From assembly GCA_903870815.1 (NCBI GenBank), contig CAIQEI010000025.1, positions 30,661-94,660 of the forward strand: a DNA stretch of 64,000 nucleotides, in the 5' to 3' direction. Source of the DNA: an uncultured Verrucomicrobia subdivision 3 bacterium. Its GTDB lineage: Bacteria; Verrucomicrobiota; Verrucomicrobiia; Limisphaerales; UBA11358. Below are positions 1-9,909 of the stretch, piece after piece. Every line of letters starts with the position of its first letter. Positions within the stretch are counted from its first letter, which is position 1. The notes below the pieces were generated by a model. The model had not been told where the DNA came from. It made no database searches and saw nothing but the letters and a program-made list of their open reading frames with translations. The position numbers and the translations under genes were made by a program.

Positions 1-70
1 ATTCCATCGGCCGCAATGGGCATCGGGGCAGACGACTGAAGCCGGATTATTTCAAAATTTTGACCGCACA

Positions 71-1369
71 TCAACTCCGGAAAAAGGCCAGCCACAGGAC
101 GAACAGCACCGGCACTAGGAAGGGCACGGAGAACTTTAGTATGAATTCCAGGAAGGTCGGCATCCGCACCTGGTTTTGCTCGGCGATGGCTTTGACCATG
201 AAATTCGGGCCGTTGCCGATGTAGGTGGCGGCGCCAAAAAAGACGGCCGCGATGCTGATGGCCAGGATGTGATGCGGGTGGGTGGTCAGCAAGCTGTGGA
301 TGTTTTCCGCGCCTGCCGTCCCGTGCAGCGCGCTCAAAAAGCCGAGGTAAGTGGGCGCGTTGTCCAGTGCGCTCGATAGGACGCCAGTGCCCCAATAAAA
401 GATGGCCGGTGCGGGATGCTGGCCGAGCAGCGCCTGGCTGTCTTGATCCAACCAATCCAGCGCCGGCATCATGGTGGCGAAAATTCCGGCGAATAGGATC
501 GCCACCTCCTGAACCGGATGGAAATCAAACTGATTCGCCGCGTGGACGGATTTCTTGGTGGTGAAATAAGATCCGGCCGCCGCCGCCAGCATCAGGCCTT
601 CGCGCAGGAACACCGGTTTCGGTATGAACACAGCCCCTAGGATCATGGCCAGAAAAAACAGGTTTGGCAGGCCCTCGATTTTCCAAACCTCGGGAGCGTT
701 TTCCCGGTCGCGCACTCCGCGCTGTGCCCGCCGGAAATCGATGTGGTCCAAGCCATAAAAAATAAGCAGCAACAGGCCGACCCCGGTCAGCCACATCGGC
801 CAGCAGTGGGTTGCCACCCACCAGAAGGGGATGCCTTGTAAAAACCCGAGGAACAACGGCGGATCGCCAATGGGTGTGAGGCAGCCGCCGGCATTGGCGA
901 CCAGAAAGATAAAAAAAACGATGTGATGCGCTGTCACGCGGTGCCGGTTCATGCGGATCCAAGGCCGGATCAGCAGCATCGCCGCGCCGGTGGTGCCGAG
1001 CAGGTTGGCCAGAATGGCGCCGATGAGCAGGAATCCGACGTTCATCAAGGGGGTAGCCTCACCCTTGACGCTGATGTGGATGCCGCCGGAGACCACGAAC
1101 AGCGAGCCGACTAGCGCGATGAAGCTGGCGTATTCATGCGCCGTTATTCCGAGGCTGTGCGTATCCTTCAAGACCAGCAGGTAATAGCCGGCGGTGACCG
1201 CACCCAAACCCAGGGCGACTTTGGCATAGTGCCGCAGCCACCACCGGGGCGCAAAGACGGGCGTGGCTGCCATCGCGCCGAGCAGCAGCGCGAACGGCAG
1301 CATGGTCCAGAATTCAGCCAGCGTCATGGCGCGGAATTGTGGTGAGGTTCCGGCGGCGGTCAAACTCAA
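71..1369 (-). CDS. Polytopic membrane permease, ArsB/NhaD-type ion transporter superfamily (Na+/H+ antiporter or citrate-transporter-like)
   Basis: 432-aa ORF that is hydrophobic throughout, with many predicted helices (LPFALLLGAMAATPVF, IVFFIFLVANAGGCLTPIGDPPLFLGF, GPNFMVKAIAE). Recognised at superfamily level only. Confidence 0.55.
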   Translation of the reverse strand: MSLTAAGTSPQFRAMTLAEFWTMLPFALLLGAMAATPVFAPRWWLRHYAKVALGLGAVTAGYYLLVLKDTHSLGITAHEYASFIALVGSLFVVSGGIHISVKGEATPLMNVGFLLIGAILANLLGTTGAAMLLIRPWIRMNRHRVTAHHIVFFIFLVANAGGCLTPIGDPPLFLGFLQGIPFWWVATHCWPMWLTGVGLLLLIFYGLDHIDFRRAQRGVRDRENAPEVWKIEGLPNLFFLAMILGAVFIPKPVFLREGLMLAAAAGSYFTTKKSVHAANQFDFHPVQEVAILFAGIFATMMPALDWLDQDSQALLGQHPAPAIFYWGTGVLSSALDNAPTYLGFLSALHGTAGAENIHSLLTTHPHHILAISIAAVFFGAATYIGNGPNFMVKAIAEQNQVRMPTFLEFILKFSVPFLVPVLFVLWLAFFRS

Positions 1370-1432
1370 ACGTGCGGCCTGGTGGTCCGGGTGGCTTGAC
1401 GGCGCGGCGGTTCGCTGCGAGAGTTTCGGCGC

Positions 1433-4400
1433 TTGCCGCAGGATTCATCAGACAAGGCGACAGGCAAATTGTTCGCTGATATCGCGCAAACTCCCGCCGG
1501 GCAATCCATCGCCCGGCGATTGGAGCGGGGCGGAGCGCACTCTTTTTCCGGCATCGCCGTGTCCGCGCAGCCTTTTTTTGCGGCGCTGGTTCACAACCTG
1601 TTTCCGCACCGCCAGCTGGTCCTGGTGGCGGAAAACCTGAAATTGCAGGAATCTTTCCAGCAGGATTTGGAGACGTGGCTCAATGTATTGCGGAATGCGG
1701 AATGCGGAATGCGGAATGAAACCGCCGCGCCAACTGCCATCCTCCAGTCTCCAGCCTCGCCGCTATTTTACCCCGCCTGGGAAGCCCTGCCGCACGAGGA
1801 CAAACTTCCGCACGCTGATGTCATCAGTGACCGCCTGCAAACCCTCATCGCACTTTCGGATAAATCCGCAGTCCATACTCCGCACTACGCACTGGTGGTC
1901 ACCAGCGTGGCGGCGCTCCTCCAAAAAACTTTTCCGCCCGGCGAGTTGCAGGATCGGATGCGCAAATTTAGGCCCGGCGATAAAATCGCCCCGCTCGACC
2001 TGATTGATTGGCTCGAAGCGCAGGGCTATGAGCCGGAGGCGCAGGTTTCGCAGAAAGGCGAAATCGCCTTGCGCGGCGGCATCGTGGACGTTTTTCCGCC
2101 GACGAGTCCGTGGCCGGTTCGGCTGGAGTTTTTTGGCGACGAACTGGAATCGTTGCGCGAATTTGATCCGCTCACGCAAGTTTCGCGCGGCGAAATCACC
2201 GGCCTTACCCTGCCGCCGGCCGGCGAGTTGGGGATTCTTAAGCCAAGGCAGAATGAAACCGCGCTCGCATCGTTGCTGGACTATTTGCCGCGCGATACCA
2301 TTTTCCTGCTTGGCGAACCGGAATCACTCGCCATCCATGGCAATGCTTACCAACAACAGGTTCCAGCGGGTGATCCGTTTTTCATTTCGTGGCCGGATTT
2401 TCTGGTTGAATTAAATCGCCGCGGCTTCACGTCCTGCGAATTAGTTGAGGAGGCTGAAACCGGCCTGGGCGATTTGCCGTCCGTCATCTCTAATCCGCAT
2501 TTTGAAAATCTCGACGCCTTCCGTCCGCTGGCCGGGCGCGCGCCGGAACCACAAGTCGCCGAGGCCCAGCGACGCGAGTTTTTCCAGCAGCTTCACCGCT
2601 GGCTGCGACAGGATTGTTTCGTGCACGTCTTTTGTAATAACGACGGTGAACGGCAGCGGTTCGAGGAAATCTGGAAGGAACATGGTTTTGGCGCGGAGGG
2701 AAAACTGCTGGTTCAAATTGGGTCGCTTGCGCGTGGCTTCATCTGCGCCGACGCGAAGCTGGGGGTCGTCACCGATGCGGAGATTTTTGGCCGCTATAAA
2801 ATCCAGCGTCCTCGTCGCCAGAAATCGGCGCATGCCCTGGCGGCCCGCTCGGCCTTGGATATTGATTTCACCGATTTGGAAGCCGGCGACTTGGTCGTGC
2901 ATTTGCAACACGGTATCGGCCGTTATCTTGGCCTGAAACTGATGCCGGTTGGCAGCAGTCGTCATCATCCAGCCCTCAATTCTCAATCCACAACCGGCAC
3001 CGAATGTCTCGTCATTGAATATGCGCCTGCCAATGCCGGCGAGGAATCGCCGAAGCTTTACGTGCCCGTCAGCGAGGCCCATCTCGTCAGCAAATATGTC
3101 GGCGCGGGCAAGGCCAATCCGCCGCTTCACGCGCTGGGTGGCACGCGCTGGCATAAGGCCAGGGAACAGACGGAAAAAGCCGTGCGCGACATCGCCGCTG
3201 AAATGCTTCGCATCCAGGCCGTGCGCGAAACCCAGGCCGGCCACGCGTGCCAGCCGGACACGCAATGGCAGCGCGAGTTTGAAAGCGCCTTCATTTACGA
3301 GGAAACGCGCGACCAGATCACCGCCATCGCCGACACCAAAGCCGACCAGGAACGGCCGAAGCCGATGGATCGCTTGATTTGCGGCGATGTTGGATTTGGC
3401 AAGACCGAAGTCGCCATCCGCGCGGCTTTCAAATGCGTGATGGATGGCAAGCAGGTGGCCATCCTCGTGCCGACGACCGTTCTCGCGCAGCAGCATTTTA
3501 ATAATTTTCGCGAGCGCATGGCGGATTATCCGGTCCGCGTCGAGTTGCTCTCGCGCTTCCGCACCAAAGGCGAAGCGTCCCGCGTCATCCAGGATCTAGC
3601 TGCGGGCACGGTGGACATCGTCATCGGTACGCATCGGATCGTGCAGGACGACATCGCGTTCAAAGACCTCGGCCTGGTGGTGATTGACGAGGAACAGCGC
3701 TTCGGTGTGCTGCACAAGGAAAAGTTCAAACGCCTGCGCACGATGGTGGACGTGCTGACGCTGAGCGCCACGCCAATCCCGCGCACGCTGTATCTCGCGC
3801 TCACCGGCGCCCGGGACATGAGCACCATTCAAACACCGCCGCACGACCGGCTGCCGGTCGAGACGATTGCCACGCCTTACGACGAGCGGGTCATCCGCGA
3901 CGCCATCCAGCGCGAACTGAACCGGGACGGGCAAGTCTTCTTCCTGCACAATCGCGTGACGACGATTCACACGACCCTGGCGAAATTGAAATCGCTCGTG
4001 CCGGCGGCGCGCATTGTCGTCGGCCACGGCCAGATGCCTGCGGATGATCTGGAGCAGGTGATGACGCAGTTCGTCAATGGTGAGGCGGATGTTTTGCTTT
4101 CGACCACGATCATTGAAAGCGGCCTCGATATTCCAAATGCGAACACCATCATCATTGACCGCGCCGACCGTTTTGGCCTGAGCGAACTTTACCAGTTACG
4201 CGGTCGCGTCGGGCGGTACAAGCATCAGGCTTACGCCTATCTGCTGCTGCCGCGCCATGCGCGCCTGCTCACCGACGTGCGCAAGCGTATCAGCGCGATG
4301 AAGCAATATGCGTCGCTCGGCAGCGGTTTCAAAATCGCCATGCGCGACTTGGAGATTCGCGGCGCCGGCAATCTGCTCGGCGCGGAACAAAGCGGCCATA

Positions 4401-4864
4401 TCACCGCCGTCGGGTTTGAACTTTACTGCCAGTTGCTCAAGCAAAGCGTCGGCGCCCTGAAAGGCGAGAAAGTGAAGCCGCGCGTCGAAGTCCGCGTTGC
4501 GCTGGATTTTCTGGGCCACGCCAGCGCCCTGCCGGAAAACTACGTAACCGAACCGCATCATCGCATCGAAATGTACCGCAAGCTCGCGCAGGTCAGCGCG
4601 AAACCCGCGCTCGACGACTTGCAGAAAGAATTGCGCGACCGCTTCGGACCGCTGCCGCTGCCGGTGGAGTTGCTGCTGGCGGTGGGTGAATTAAAAATTT
4701 TGGCATCCGAAAAAGCCGTGACCGTCATCGAGGTGGACGAGGATAAATTGAAGCTGACGCGTCACGGCGACTTCATCACCCTCGGTGGCAAATTTCCGCG
4801 CCTTACGAAAAAGGAACCAAAGGGCCGCCTCAAGGAAATCAAACGGCTGTTGCTGGCGATTTGA
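1433..4864 (+). CDS. mfd: Transcription-repair coupling factor Mfd
   Basis: 1143 aa. RNAP-interacting CarD-like block (LVVHLQHGIGRYLG), helicase Walker A (GDVGFGKTEVA), DEEQRFGV box, LSATPIPRTL, QLRGRVGR, and a TRCF C-terminal domain. Confidence 0.95.
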   Translation: MPQDSSDKATGKLFADIAQTPAGQSIARRLERGGAHSFSGIAVSAQPFFAALVHNLFPHRQLVLVAENLKLQESFQQDLETWLNVLRNAECGMRNETAAPTAILQSPASPLFYPAWEALPHEDKLPHADVISDRLQTLIALSDKSAVHTPHYALVVTSVAALLQKTFPPGELQDRMRKFRPGDKIAPLDLIDWLEAQGYEPEAQVSQKGEIALRGGIVDVFPPTSPWPVRLEFFGDELESLREFDPLTQVSRGEITGLTLPPAGELGILKPRQNETALASLLDYLPRDTIFLLGEPESLAIHGNAYQQQVPAGDPFFISWPDFLVELNRRGFTSCELVEEAETGLGDLPSVISNPHFENLDAFRPLAGRAPEPQVAEAQRREFFQQLHRWLRQDCFVHVFCNNDGERQRFEEIWKEHGFGAEGKLLVQIGSLARGFICADAKLGVVTDAEIFGRYKIQRPRRQKSAHALAARSALDIDFTDLEAGDLVVHLQHGIGRYLGLKLMPVGSSRHHPALNSQSTTGTECLVIEYAPANAGEESPKLYVPVSEAHLVSKYVGAGKANPPLHALGGTRWHKAREQTEKAVRDIAAEMLRIQAVRETQAGHACQPDTQWQREFESAFIYEETRDQITAIADTKADQERPKPMDRLICGDVGFGKTEVAIRAAFKCVMDGKQVAILVPTTVLAQQHFNNFRERMADYPVRVELLSRFRTKGEASRVIQDLAAGTVDIVIGTHRIVQDDIAFKDLGLVVIDEEQRFGVLHKEKFKRLRTMVDVLTLSATPIPRTLYLALTGARDMSTIQTPPHDRLPVETIATPYDERVIRDAIQRELNRDGQVFFLHNRVTTIHTTLAKLKSLVPAARIVVGHGQMPADDLEQVMTQFVNGEADVLLSTTIIESGLDIPNANTIIIDRADRFGLSELYQLRGRVGRYKHQAYAYLLLPRHARLLTDVRKRISAMKQYASLGSGFKIAMRDLEIRGAGNLLGAEQSGHITAVGFELYCQLLKQSVGALKGEKVKPRVEVRVALDFLGHASALPENYVTEPHHRIEMYRKLAQVSAKPALDDLQKELRDRFGPLPLPVELLLAVGELKILASEKAVTVIEVDEDKLKLTRHGDFITLGGKFPRLTKKEPKGRLKEIKRLLLAI
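1691..1718 (+). repeat. Perfect 4 x 7-nt tandem repeat (CGGAATG) inside the mfd coding sequence
   Basis: Read directly: cggaatg cggaatg cggaatg cggaatg. It encodes part of ...RNAECGMRN.... Confidence 0.9.
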
Positions 4865-4910
4865 AAAGAGTTGAGTTTTGCCGCGTTTATTTTAACCATT
4901 CTGCCTCGTT

Positions 4911-5279
4911 ATGCTCAAAGTTACCGAAATCGCATTCAGCTGCTATGCCGTCACCAACATGGCGCGGGCGCGGAAATTTTACGAGGAGGTGCTGGGCCTT
5001 AAACCGACGAAGGTGGTGGATTCAGAACACGGTCAGTGGGTGGAATATGAATTTGGCCCGTATACGTTATCGCTCGGTTCGTCCCCCGCCTTTAAGCCGA
5101 GTCCGGACGGGTGTTCGGTCGCTCTGGAAGTGGAAGACTTCGACGCCGCCATCGCGCATCTGCGCGCCAGCCGCGTTAAGTTCCGCATCGAACCGATGCC
5201 CACGCCGGTCTGTCACATGGCCATGATTTTTGATCCGGATGGCAATACGATTTGCATTCACAAGCGGAAGGCAAAGTAA
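4911..5279 (+). CDS. VOC (glyoxalase/bleomycin-resistance/dioxygenase) family protein
   Basis: 122 aa. The N-terminal pattern (IAFSCYAVTNMARARKFYEEVLGL) and C-terminal pattern (MAMIFDPDGNTICIH) are typical of single-domain VOC proteins. Confidence 0.75.
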   Translation: MLKVTEIAFSCYAVTNMARARKFYEEVLGLKPTKVVDSEHGQWVEYEFGPYTLSLGSSPAFKPSPDGCSVALEVEDFDAAIAHLRASRVKFRIEPMPTPVCHMAMIFDPDGNTICIHKRKAK

Positions 5280-5353
5280 TTTGAGTGCTCCTGACCACAC
5301 GGCTGATTTGAATCAATGTCGTAAACCGTAAGCCTGAATCGTAAATCATAATT

Positions 5354-6256
5354 ATGTCGATACTCGTCCAACCCAGTACCAAGGTTCTTGTCCAGGGCAT
5401 CACCGGTAGCTTTGGCGCCAAGCATGCGCAACTTTCCATGGATTACGGCACGCACATCGTCGCGGGCGTCACGCCCGGCAAGGGCGGACAATTCTTTGAG
5501 CACGGTGGCAGGAAAGTGCCTATTTTCGACACCGTCGCCGACGCCGTGAAACAGACCGGCGCGACCGCCAGCGCGGTGTTTGTGCCGCCGCCGTTCGCCG
5601 CCGATGCGATCCTTGAGGGTGCGGATGCCGGGCTGGAGTTGGTCGTCGCTATCACCGAAGGCATTCCGGTGCGCGACATGGTGCGCGTGAAACGTGCCTT
5701 GCAGGGCAATACCAAAACGCGCCTCATCGGCCCGAACTGTCCCGGCATTGTCACGCCCGGCGAAGGGAAGGATTCGCACGGCGGCTGTCGCATCGGCATC
5801 GCCCCCGGCTACATTCACAAAAAGGGAAACATCGGCGTCGTTTCGCGCAGCGGCACGCTGACTTACGAAGCGGTATGGCAACTAACCTCGCGCGGCGTCG
5901 GTCAGTCCACCTGCGTCGGCATCGGGGGCGATCCGGTGAACGGCACGTCGCACCTCGACGTCATCAAACTGTTCAACGCCGACCCGGAAACGACCGGTAT
6001 TATCATGATCGGTGAAATCGGCGGCAGTGCGGAGGAAGAAGCCGCCGAATGGATCAAAGCCAACTGTCATAAGCCGGTGGCCGGTTTCATCGCGGGCGCG
6101 ACCGCGCCTCCCGGCCGCCGCATGGGCCACGCCGGGGCGATTGTCAGCGGCGGCAAAGGCACGGCCGAGGCGAAGATCGCCGCGTTCAAGGCGGCGGGCA
6201 TCGGCATCGCGGTCACGCCGAGCGAGATGGCGGACACGCTGCTGAAACTGATGTGA
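5354..6256 (+). CDS. sucD: Succinyl-CoA synthetase alpha subunit
   Basis: 300 aa. [11 protein letters not shown] CoA-binding start, [16 protein letters not shown], and the phosphohistidine loop [15 protein letters not shown]. Confidence 0.95.
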   Translation: MSILVQPSTKVLVQGITGSFGAKHAQLSMDYGTHIVAGVTPGKGGQFFEHGGRKVPIFDTVADAVKQTGATASAVFVPPPFAADAILEGADAGLELVVAITEGIPVRDMVRVKRALQGNTKTRLIGPNCPGIVTPGEGKDSHGGCRIGIAPGYIHKKGNIGVVSRSGTLTYEAVWQLTSRGVGQSTCVGIGGDPVNGTSHLDVIKLFNADPETTGIIMIGEIGGSAEEEAAEWIKANCHKPVAGFIAGATAPPGRRMGHAGAIVSGGKGTAEAKIAAFKAAGIGIAVTPSEMADTLLKLM

Positions 6257-6266
6257 CGGGAAGGGC

Positions 6267-6303
6267 GAATGACGAATTGCGAATTTCAAATGATTCGTCA
6301 TTC
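6267..6303 (+). promoter_or_regulatory. 11-bp perfect inverted repeat (gaatgacgaat ... attcgtcattc, 15-nt loop) just after the sucD stop
   Basis: Read directly. It starts 11 nt downstream of the sucD stop (6254-6256). There is no U-tract, so it is not a canonical intrinsic terminator. Confidence 0.5.
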
Positions 6304-6326
6304 TGGATTCGCCGTTTGTAATTCGC

Positions 6327-7151
6327 ATGGGCATTGTTGATCTCATCCTGAATCTCGCTGGCCTGTTGTTGTGGCTGAACTGGCGTTCCATTCGCTTCGA
6401 CCCCATGGCGAAACGGACGCCGGCAACCCTGATGGGCACACTGCGGCCCGCCGCCCCGAAAAAACTGCGCCGCTGGCATCTGCTGGTGTTTCTCGCTGCG
6501 CTGCTTTTTTTGCGCGCCATTATTTACCGGTGGGTGGCGCCGTTTTGGGTTGGAATACTGGACGGCGGAGTGGTAGCCCCGTCGTTTAGGAGCGACTGGT
6601 TTCCGGGAATGGTCACCTTTTCGTTTTTGAGCTTTGGCCTGACGCTTGGAGTTTTCTATGTGGTGCTGCTGTTCCTGTCGCTCTGGCCCGGAACGGAGCC
6701 GATTCAGAGTCTGGTGAAGATCCCGCTGGGTCGCGTGGATGCTTGGCCGCGTTGGGCAAAGATTCTGCTGCCCCTTTTTGCCACGGCCGCTGTCTGGTGG
6801 CTGACGAGTTGGCTGCTGGGCTGGCTGGGAATTAATCTCAAGCACATCTCCATGGCCCAGCGTTTCGAGGAGTCAATCCTCATTGGCCTGGGAAGTTATC
6901 TGGTCTGGAAATTCCCGGCCGGGGCCATCCTCGCGCTGTATCTCTTGAACAGCTATATTTACTTCGGAGGGCATCCGTTTTGGAAATATGTCAACGCGAC
7001 AGCCCAGAAACTGTTGGCGCCCCTGAAGCAAATTCCGCTGCGGGTCGGAAAGGTGGATTTCGCTCCTTTGTTGGCCATCGGTCTGGTTTTTCTGGCTGCG
7101 GAATTGGCGGCACGCGGCATTCACTGGCTTTATAACCGCGTGCCATTTTGA
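6327..7151 (+). CDS. Integral membrane protein with a YggT-like C-terminal segment
   Basis: 274 aa with multiple TM helices. The C-terminal block LLAPLKQIPLRVGKVDFAPLLAIGLVFL resembles the YggT motif (P..R.iP..g.iDfSp). Confidence 0.4.
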   Translation: MGIVDLILNLAGLLLWLNWRSIRFDPMAKRTPATLMGTLRPAAPKKLRRWHLLVFLAALLFLRAIIYRWVAPFWVGILDGGVVAPSFRSDWFPGMVTFSFLSFGLTLGVFYVVLLFLSLWPGTEPIQSLVKIPLGRVDAWPRWAKILLPLFATAAVWWLTSWLLGWLGINLKHISMAQRFEESILIGLGSYLVWKFPAGAILALYLLNSYIYFGGHPFWKYVNATAQKLLAPLKQIPLRVGKVDFAPLLAIGLVFLAAELAARGIHWLYNRVPF

Positions 7152-7155
7152 GGGA

Positions 7156-8268
7156 TCAATGATTTTTTGGCCGCGGCAACTTGACGACGATGGTGGTGCC
7201 GGTCTCCTCGCTGCTGTTGATGGCGAGGCGGCCGCCATGGAGTTCGGCCAGCTTCTTGGCGATCGCCAGGCCCAGCCCAAGTCCTTCTTGATCCCGCATT
7301 TTCCGCTCGAACTGGACGTAGGCGTCAATCCGCTGGATGTGCTCGGTGGAAAGCCCGCGGCCGCGGTCGTGAACGGAAAAGGTAATTTCTTCGCCGGTCA
7401 CCTTCAGGCTGGCCTGCACGGGTGATCCCGGCTCGGAAAACTTAAAGGCGTTCTGCACCAGCTCGGCGGTGATTTTCTTGAAATACTCCTCGGCCATGGC
7501 CAGTGGGGCATCGGTAAGTTCCAGCGTCAGATCCGCCAATCGCCCGGCCATTTCCGCCTGCGCGATGGCCGTGGCGCGGACCGTGTTCGCCGGTTGGGCG
7601 ATTTTGGCGGAGCGCAGCGCGATGACGCTGTCCGCGTCGGTGGCGACCATTTCCAGGCGGGCGTAAAACAGGAAGTTCTCGATGAGCCGCTCCAGTCGCT
7701 GGCCGGACTTGGAGATTTCCTGTCCCATCTCGGTGATGGTGCCAGTGCCGAGCGTGGCGGCGGAGGTGGCGAGCAGTTCCGCGTTGGAGATGATGCCGTT
7801 GAGCGGCGTGCGCATTTCGTGCGGCATCATCATCGAAATATGCGTGCGGAGCGTGGTGAGTTTCCGTTCGGCGTTGTCGCGGACGGTCTTGATCTTGCGC
7901 AGGCGGGCGTTCACCGCGGCGTAAAGTTCGTCTACCTTGAACGGCTTGGGCAGGTAGTCGTCCGCGCCGAGTTCCATGCCGTGCCGCATGCTCGCCGAAT
8001 CATTCGACATGCCCGTCATCAGGATGAACGGGATGGCGGCGGTGGTGGGATCCTCGCGCAATTTTGTCAGCGTGGCATAGCCGGCGTCGGCCTTGCCCAT
8101 GTTGATGTCGCACAGGATGAGATCAGGCAGGAATTGCTGGGCTTTGGCGGTGCCGTCCGTGCTGTCGGCCGACTCGATGACTTCAAACCCCTGCTGTTCC
8201 AGGGCCAGCCGGATCATTTCGCGCAACCAGGATTCGTCGTCAATAACCAGTATTTTGCTCATGGGCAA
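7156..8268 (-). CDS. Hybrid response-regulator receiver / histidine kinase
   Basis: 370 aa. N-terminal receiver (ILVIDDE..., DLILCDINM, ...LPKPF), then the HisKA H-box (PHEMRTPLNGI) and HATPase_c (VHDRGRGL, GLGLGLAIAKKLAELHGG). Confidence 0.85.
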   Translation of the reverse strand: MPMSKILVIDDESWLREMIRLALEQQGFEVIESADSTDGTAKAQQFLPDLILCDINMGKADAGYATLTKLREDPTTAAIPFILMTGMSNDSASMRHGMELGADDYLPKPFKVDELYAAVNARLRKIKTVRDNAERKLTTLRTHISMMMPHEMRTPLNGIISNAELLATSAATLGTGTITEMGQEISKSGQRLERLIENFLFYARLEMVATDADSVIALRSAKIAQPANTVRATAIAQAEMAGRLADLTLELTDAPLAMAEEYFKKITAELVQNAFKFSEPGSPVQASLKVTGEEITFSVHDRGRGLSTEHIQRIDAYVQFERKMRDQEGLGLGLAIAKKLAELHGGRLAINSSEETGTTIVVKLPRPKNH

Positions 8269-8343
8269 TGTACCGCAAATTGAAGCAATTTCCGCGCCTT
8301 TTAATCACGAAATGGCAAAATGCGTCCGGGTGACGGCTTCAAT

Positions 8344-9639
8344 TTATTTCCTCTGCTCCAGCGGGACGTAGGGATTGTTGGTCTTGCCGGTGTAAATCTG
8401 GCGCGGCCGGTAGATGCGGCTCTTCGGCTCCTCCATGATTTCCTTGTAGTTCGCAATCCAGCCGGGCATGCGGCCAATCGCAAAAATCACCGTGAACATC
8501 TCCACCGGAATGCCAATGGCGCGCATGATGATGCCGCTGTAAAAATCGACGTTGGGATACAGTTTGCGTTCGATGAAGTAAGAATCTTTCAACGCTGCCT
8601 CCTCGAGCTTCTTGGCGATGTCCAGCAACGGGTCAGAAATGTGCAGTTTGGACAGGACATCATCGCAGGCTTTCTTGATGATCGTGGCGCGCGGGTCGTG
8701 GTTTTTATAAACGCGGTGGCCGAAGCCCATGAGTTTCTTGCCGCTGTTCTTGTCCTTGGCCGCCATGATGAACTTGGAGCCGTCGTCGCCTTCCTTGTGA
8801 ATCTGCCCGAGAATTTCCAGCACCGCTTGGTTCGCGCCTCCGTGCAGCGGTCCCCAGAGCGCACACACGCCCGCCGCGCAACTGGCGAAGAGGTTCGCCT
8901 GCGAGGAGGCCACCATGCGCACCGTCGACGTGGAACAGTTCTGCTCGTGGTCCGCATGCAGCAGGAATATCAGGTCCAGCGCCTTCACCACTTCCGGTTT
9001 GATTTCAAAGTCCTCATACGGCATCGAGAACATCATATGCAGGAAGTTCGCCGTGTATTTGTAGTTCTGCTTCGGATAGATCAGCGGCAGCCCTTTTGAC
9101 TTGCGATACGAATACGCCGCAATGGTCCGCACCTGCGAAATCAGCCGGGCCACATACACGTCGAACTGCTTGTTCTTGCCCCACTGCCAGTTCATCAAAC
9201 CCTCGTCAAAACAACTGGCCGCATTGATCATCGCGGACAAAATGGCCATCGGATGGGCGCCCGTCGGGAAACCCTCGAAATGAAACTTCATGTCCTCGTG
9301 TAAAAACTGGTTTTCCGTGAGCATATCGGAAAACTTCTTCAGCTGCGGACGGTTGGGCAGGTCGCCGTAGATGATGAGGTAAGCCGTCTCGATGAAATTG
9401 GATTTTTCCGCCATCGCCTCGATGGGAATGCCGCGATAGCGCAGGATGCCCTTGTCGCCGTCGATAAACGTCACCTTGCTGGTGCACGAACCGGTGTTGC
9501 CGTAGCCGTCGTCGAGCGTGATGTAATTGGTGGTTGCGCGCAGCGCCGACACATCCACCGCCTTTTCATTTTCGCTCCCGGTCAGCGTGGGCAGGGTGTA
9601 AACTTTTCCGTCCAGTTCCAGTTTGGCCTCGTTGCTCAT
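8344..9639 (-). CDS. gltA: Citrate synthase (type II)
   Basis: 431 aa. Signature [14 protein letters not shown]; also [15 protein letters not shown] and the overall length match. Confidence 0.95.
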   Translation of the reverse strand: MSNEAKLELDGKVYTLPTLTGSENEKAVDVSALRATTNYITLDDGYGNTGSCTSKVTFIDGDKGILRYRGIPIEAMAEKSNFIETAYLIIYGDLPNRPQLKKFSDMLTENQFLHEDMKFHFEGFPTGAHPMAILSAMINAASCFDEGLMNWQWGKNKQFDVYVARLISQVRTIAAYSYRKSKGLPLIYPKQNYKYTANFLHMMFSMPYEDFEIKPEVVKALDLIFLLHADHEQNCSTSTVRMVASSQANLFASCAAGVCALWGPLHGGANQAVLEILGQIHKEGDDGSKFIMAAKDKNSGKKLMGFGHRVYKNHDPRATIIKKACDDVLSKLHISDPLLDIAKKLEEAALKDSYFIERKLYPNVDFYSGIIMRAIGIPVEMFTVIFAIGRMPGWIANYKEIMEEPKSRIYRPRQIYTGKTNNPYVPLEQRK

Positions 9640-9750
9640 AGCTCCTTCATTAAGTTAAGATGTTGAATTTAACTGGTGGAAATTTGCCGTTGAAAAGAAA
9701 AATTGCAAGCTGTGAAAGCGGAAATTGCTAAAAAATCCGCGTGGATGCCC

Positions 9751-9909
9751 TCATTCCTCGCCGTCCCCACCGTGTCCCGCACAGCCACATCCGGCCAGTG
9801 CAACGCAATCTTTGCAAAGTGTCCGGCCGGCGAATTCCAGCACGTCAAAACTTCCGCACCGCTCGCAGGCGCGGTTTTCTTCTGGTTTGACTGGCGATTG
9901 GGAATTCAC
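9751..9909 (-). CDS. Candidate 52-codon Cys-rich zinc-ribbon small protein, GTG start overlapping the trpE stop (GTGA)
   Basis: Hand translation of the minus strand gives (V/M)NSQSPVKPEENRACERCGSFDVLEFAGRTLCKDCVALAGCGCAGHGGDGEE*. Two CxxC pairs lie 14 residues apart. It fills an otherwise unexplained 265-nt gap between trpE and gltA. It falls below the length shown in the ORF track. Confidence 0.3.
   Translation of the reverse strand: MNSQSPVKPEENRACERCGSFDVLEFAGRTLCKDCVALAGCGCAGHGGDGEE

Noticed and set aside
1-39. Possible 3' end of a plus-strand gene (…IPSAAMGIGADD*) at the left edge.
   Set aside because: Only 13 codons are visible. This cannot be distinguished from chance, so it is not reported as a feature.
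2441-3496. Long antisense ORFs inside real genes. Examples: 2441-3496 (-) in mfd, 25248-26501 (-) in cca, 29705-31153 (-) in pilM, 34235-35764 (-) in the secretin, 21562-22929 (-) in ALDH/pheA, 48254-50584 (-), 55811-57349 (-) and 59999-61750 (-) in the giant gene, and 15069-15962 (+) in kdsD.
   Set aside because: These are typical shadow ORFs of GC-rich DNA. Their translations are Arg/Gly/His/Ala-rich with no recognisable motifs, and the opposite strand in each case encodes a protein with clear family signatures.
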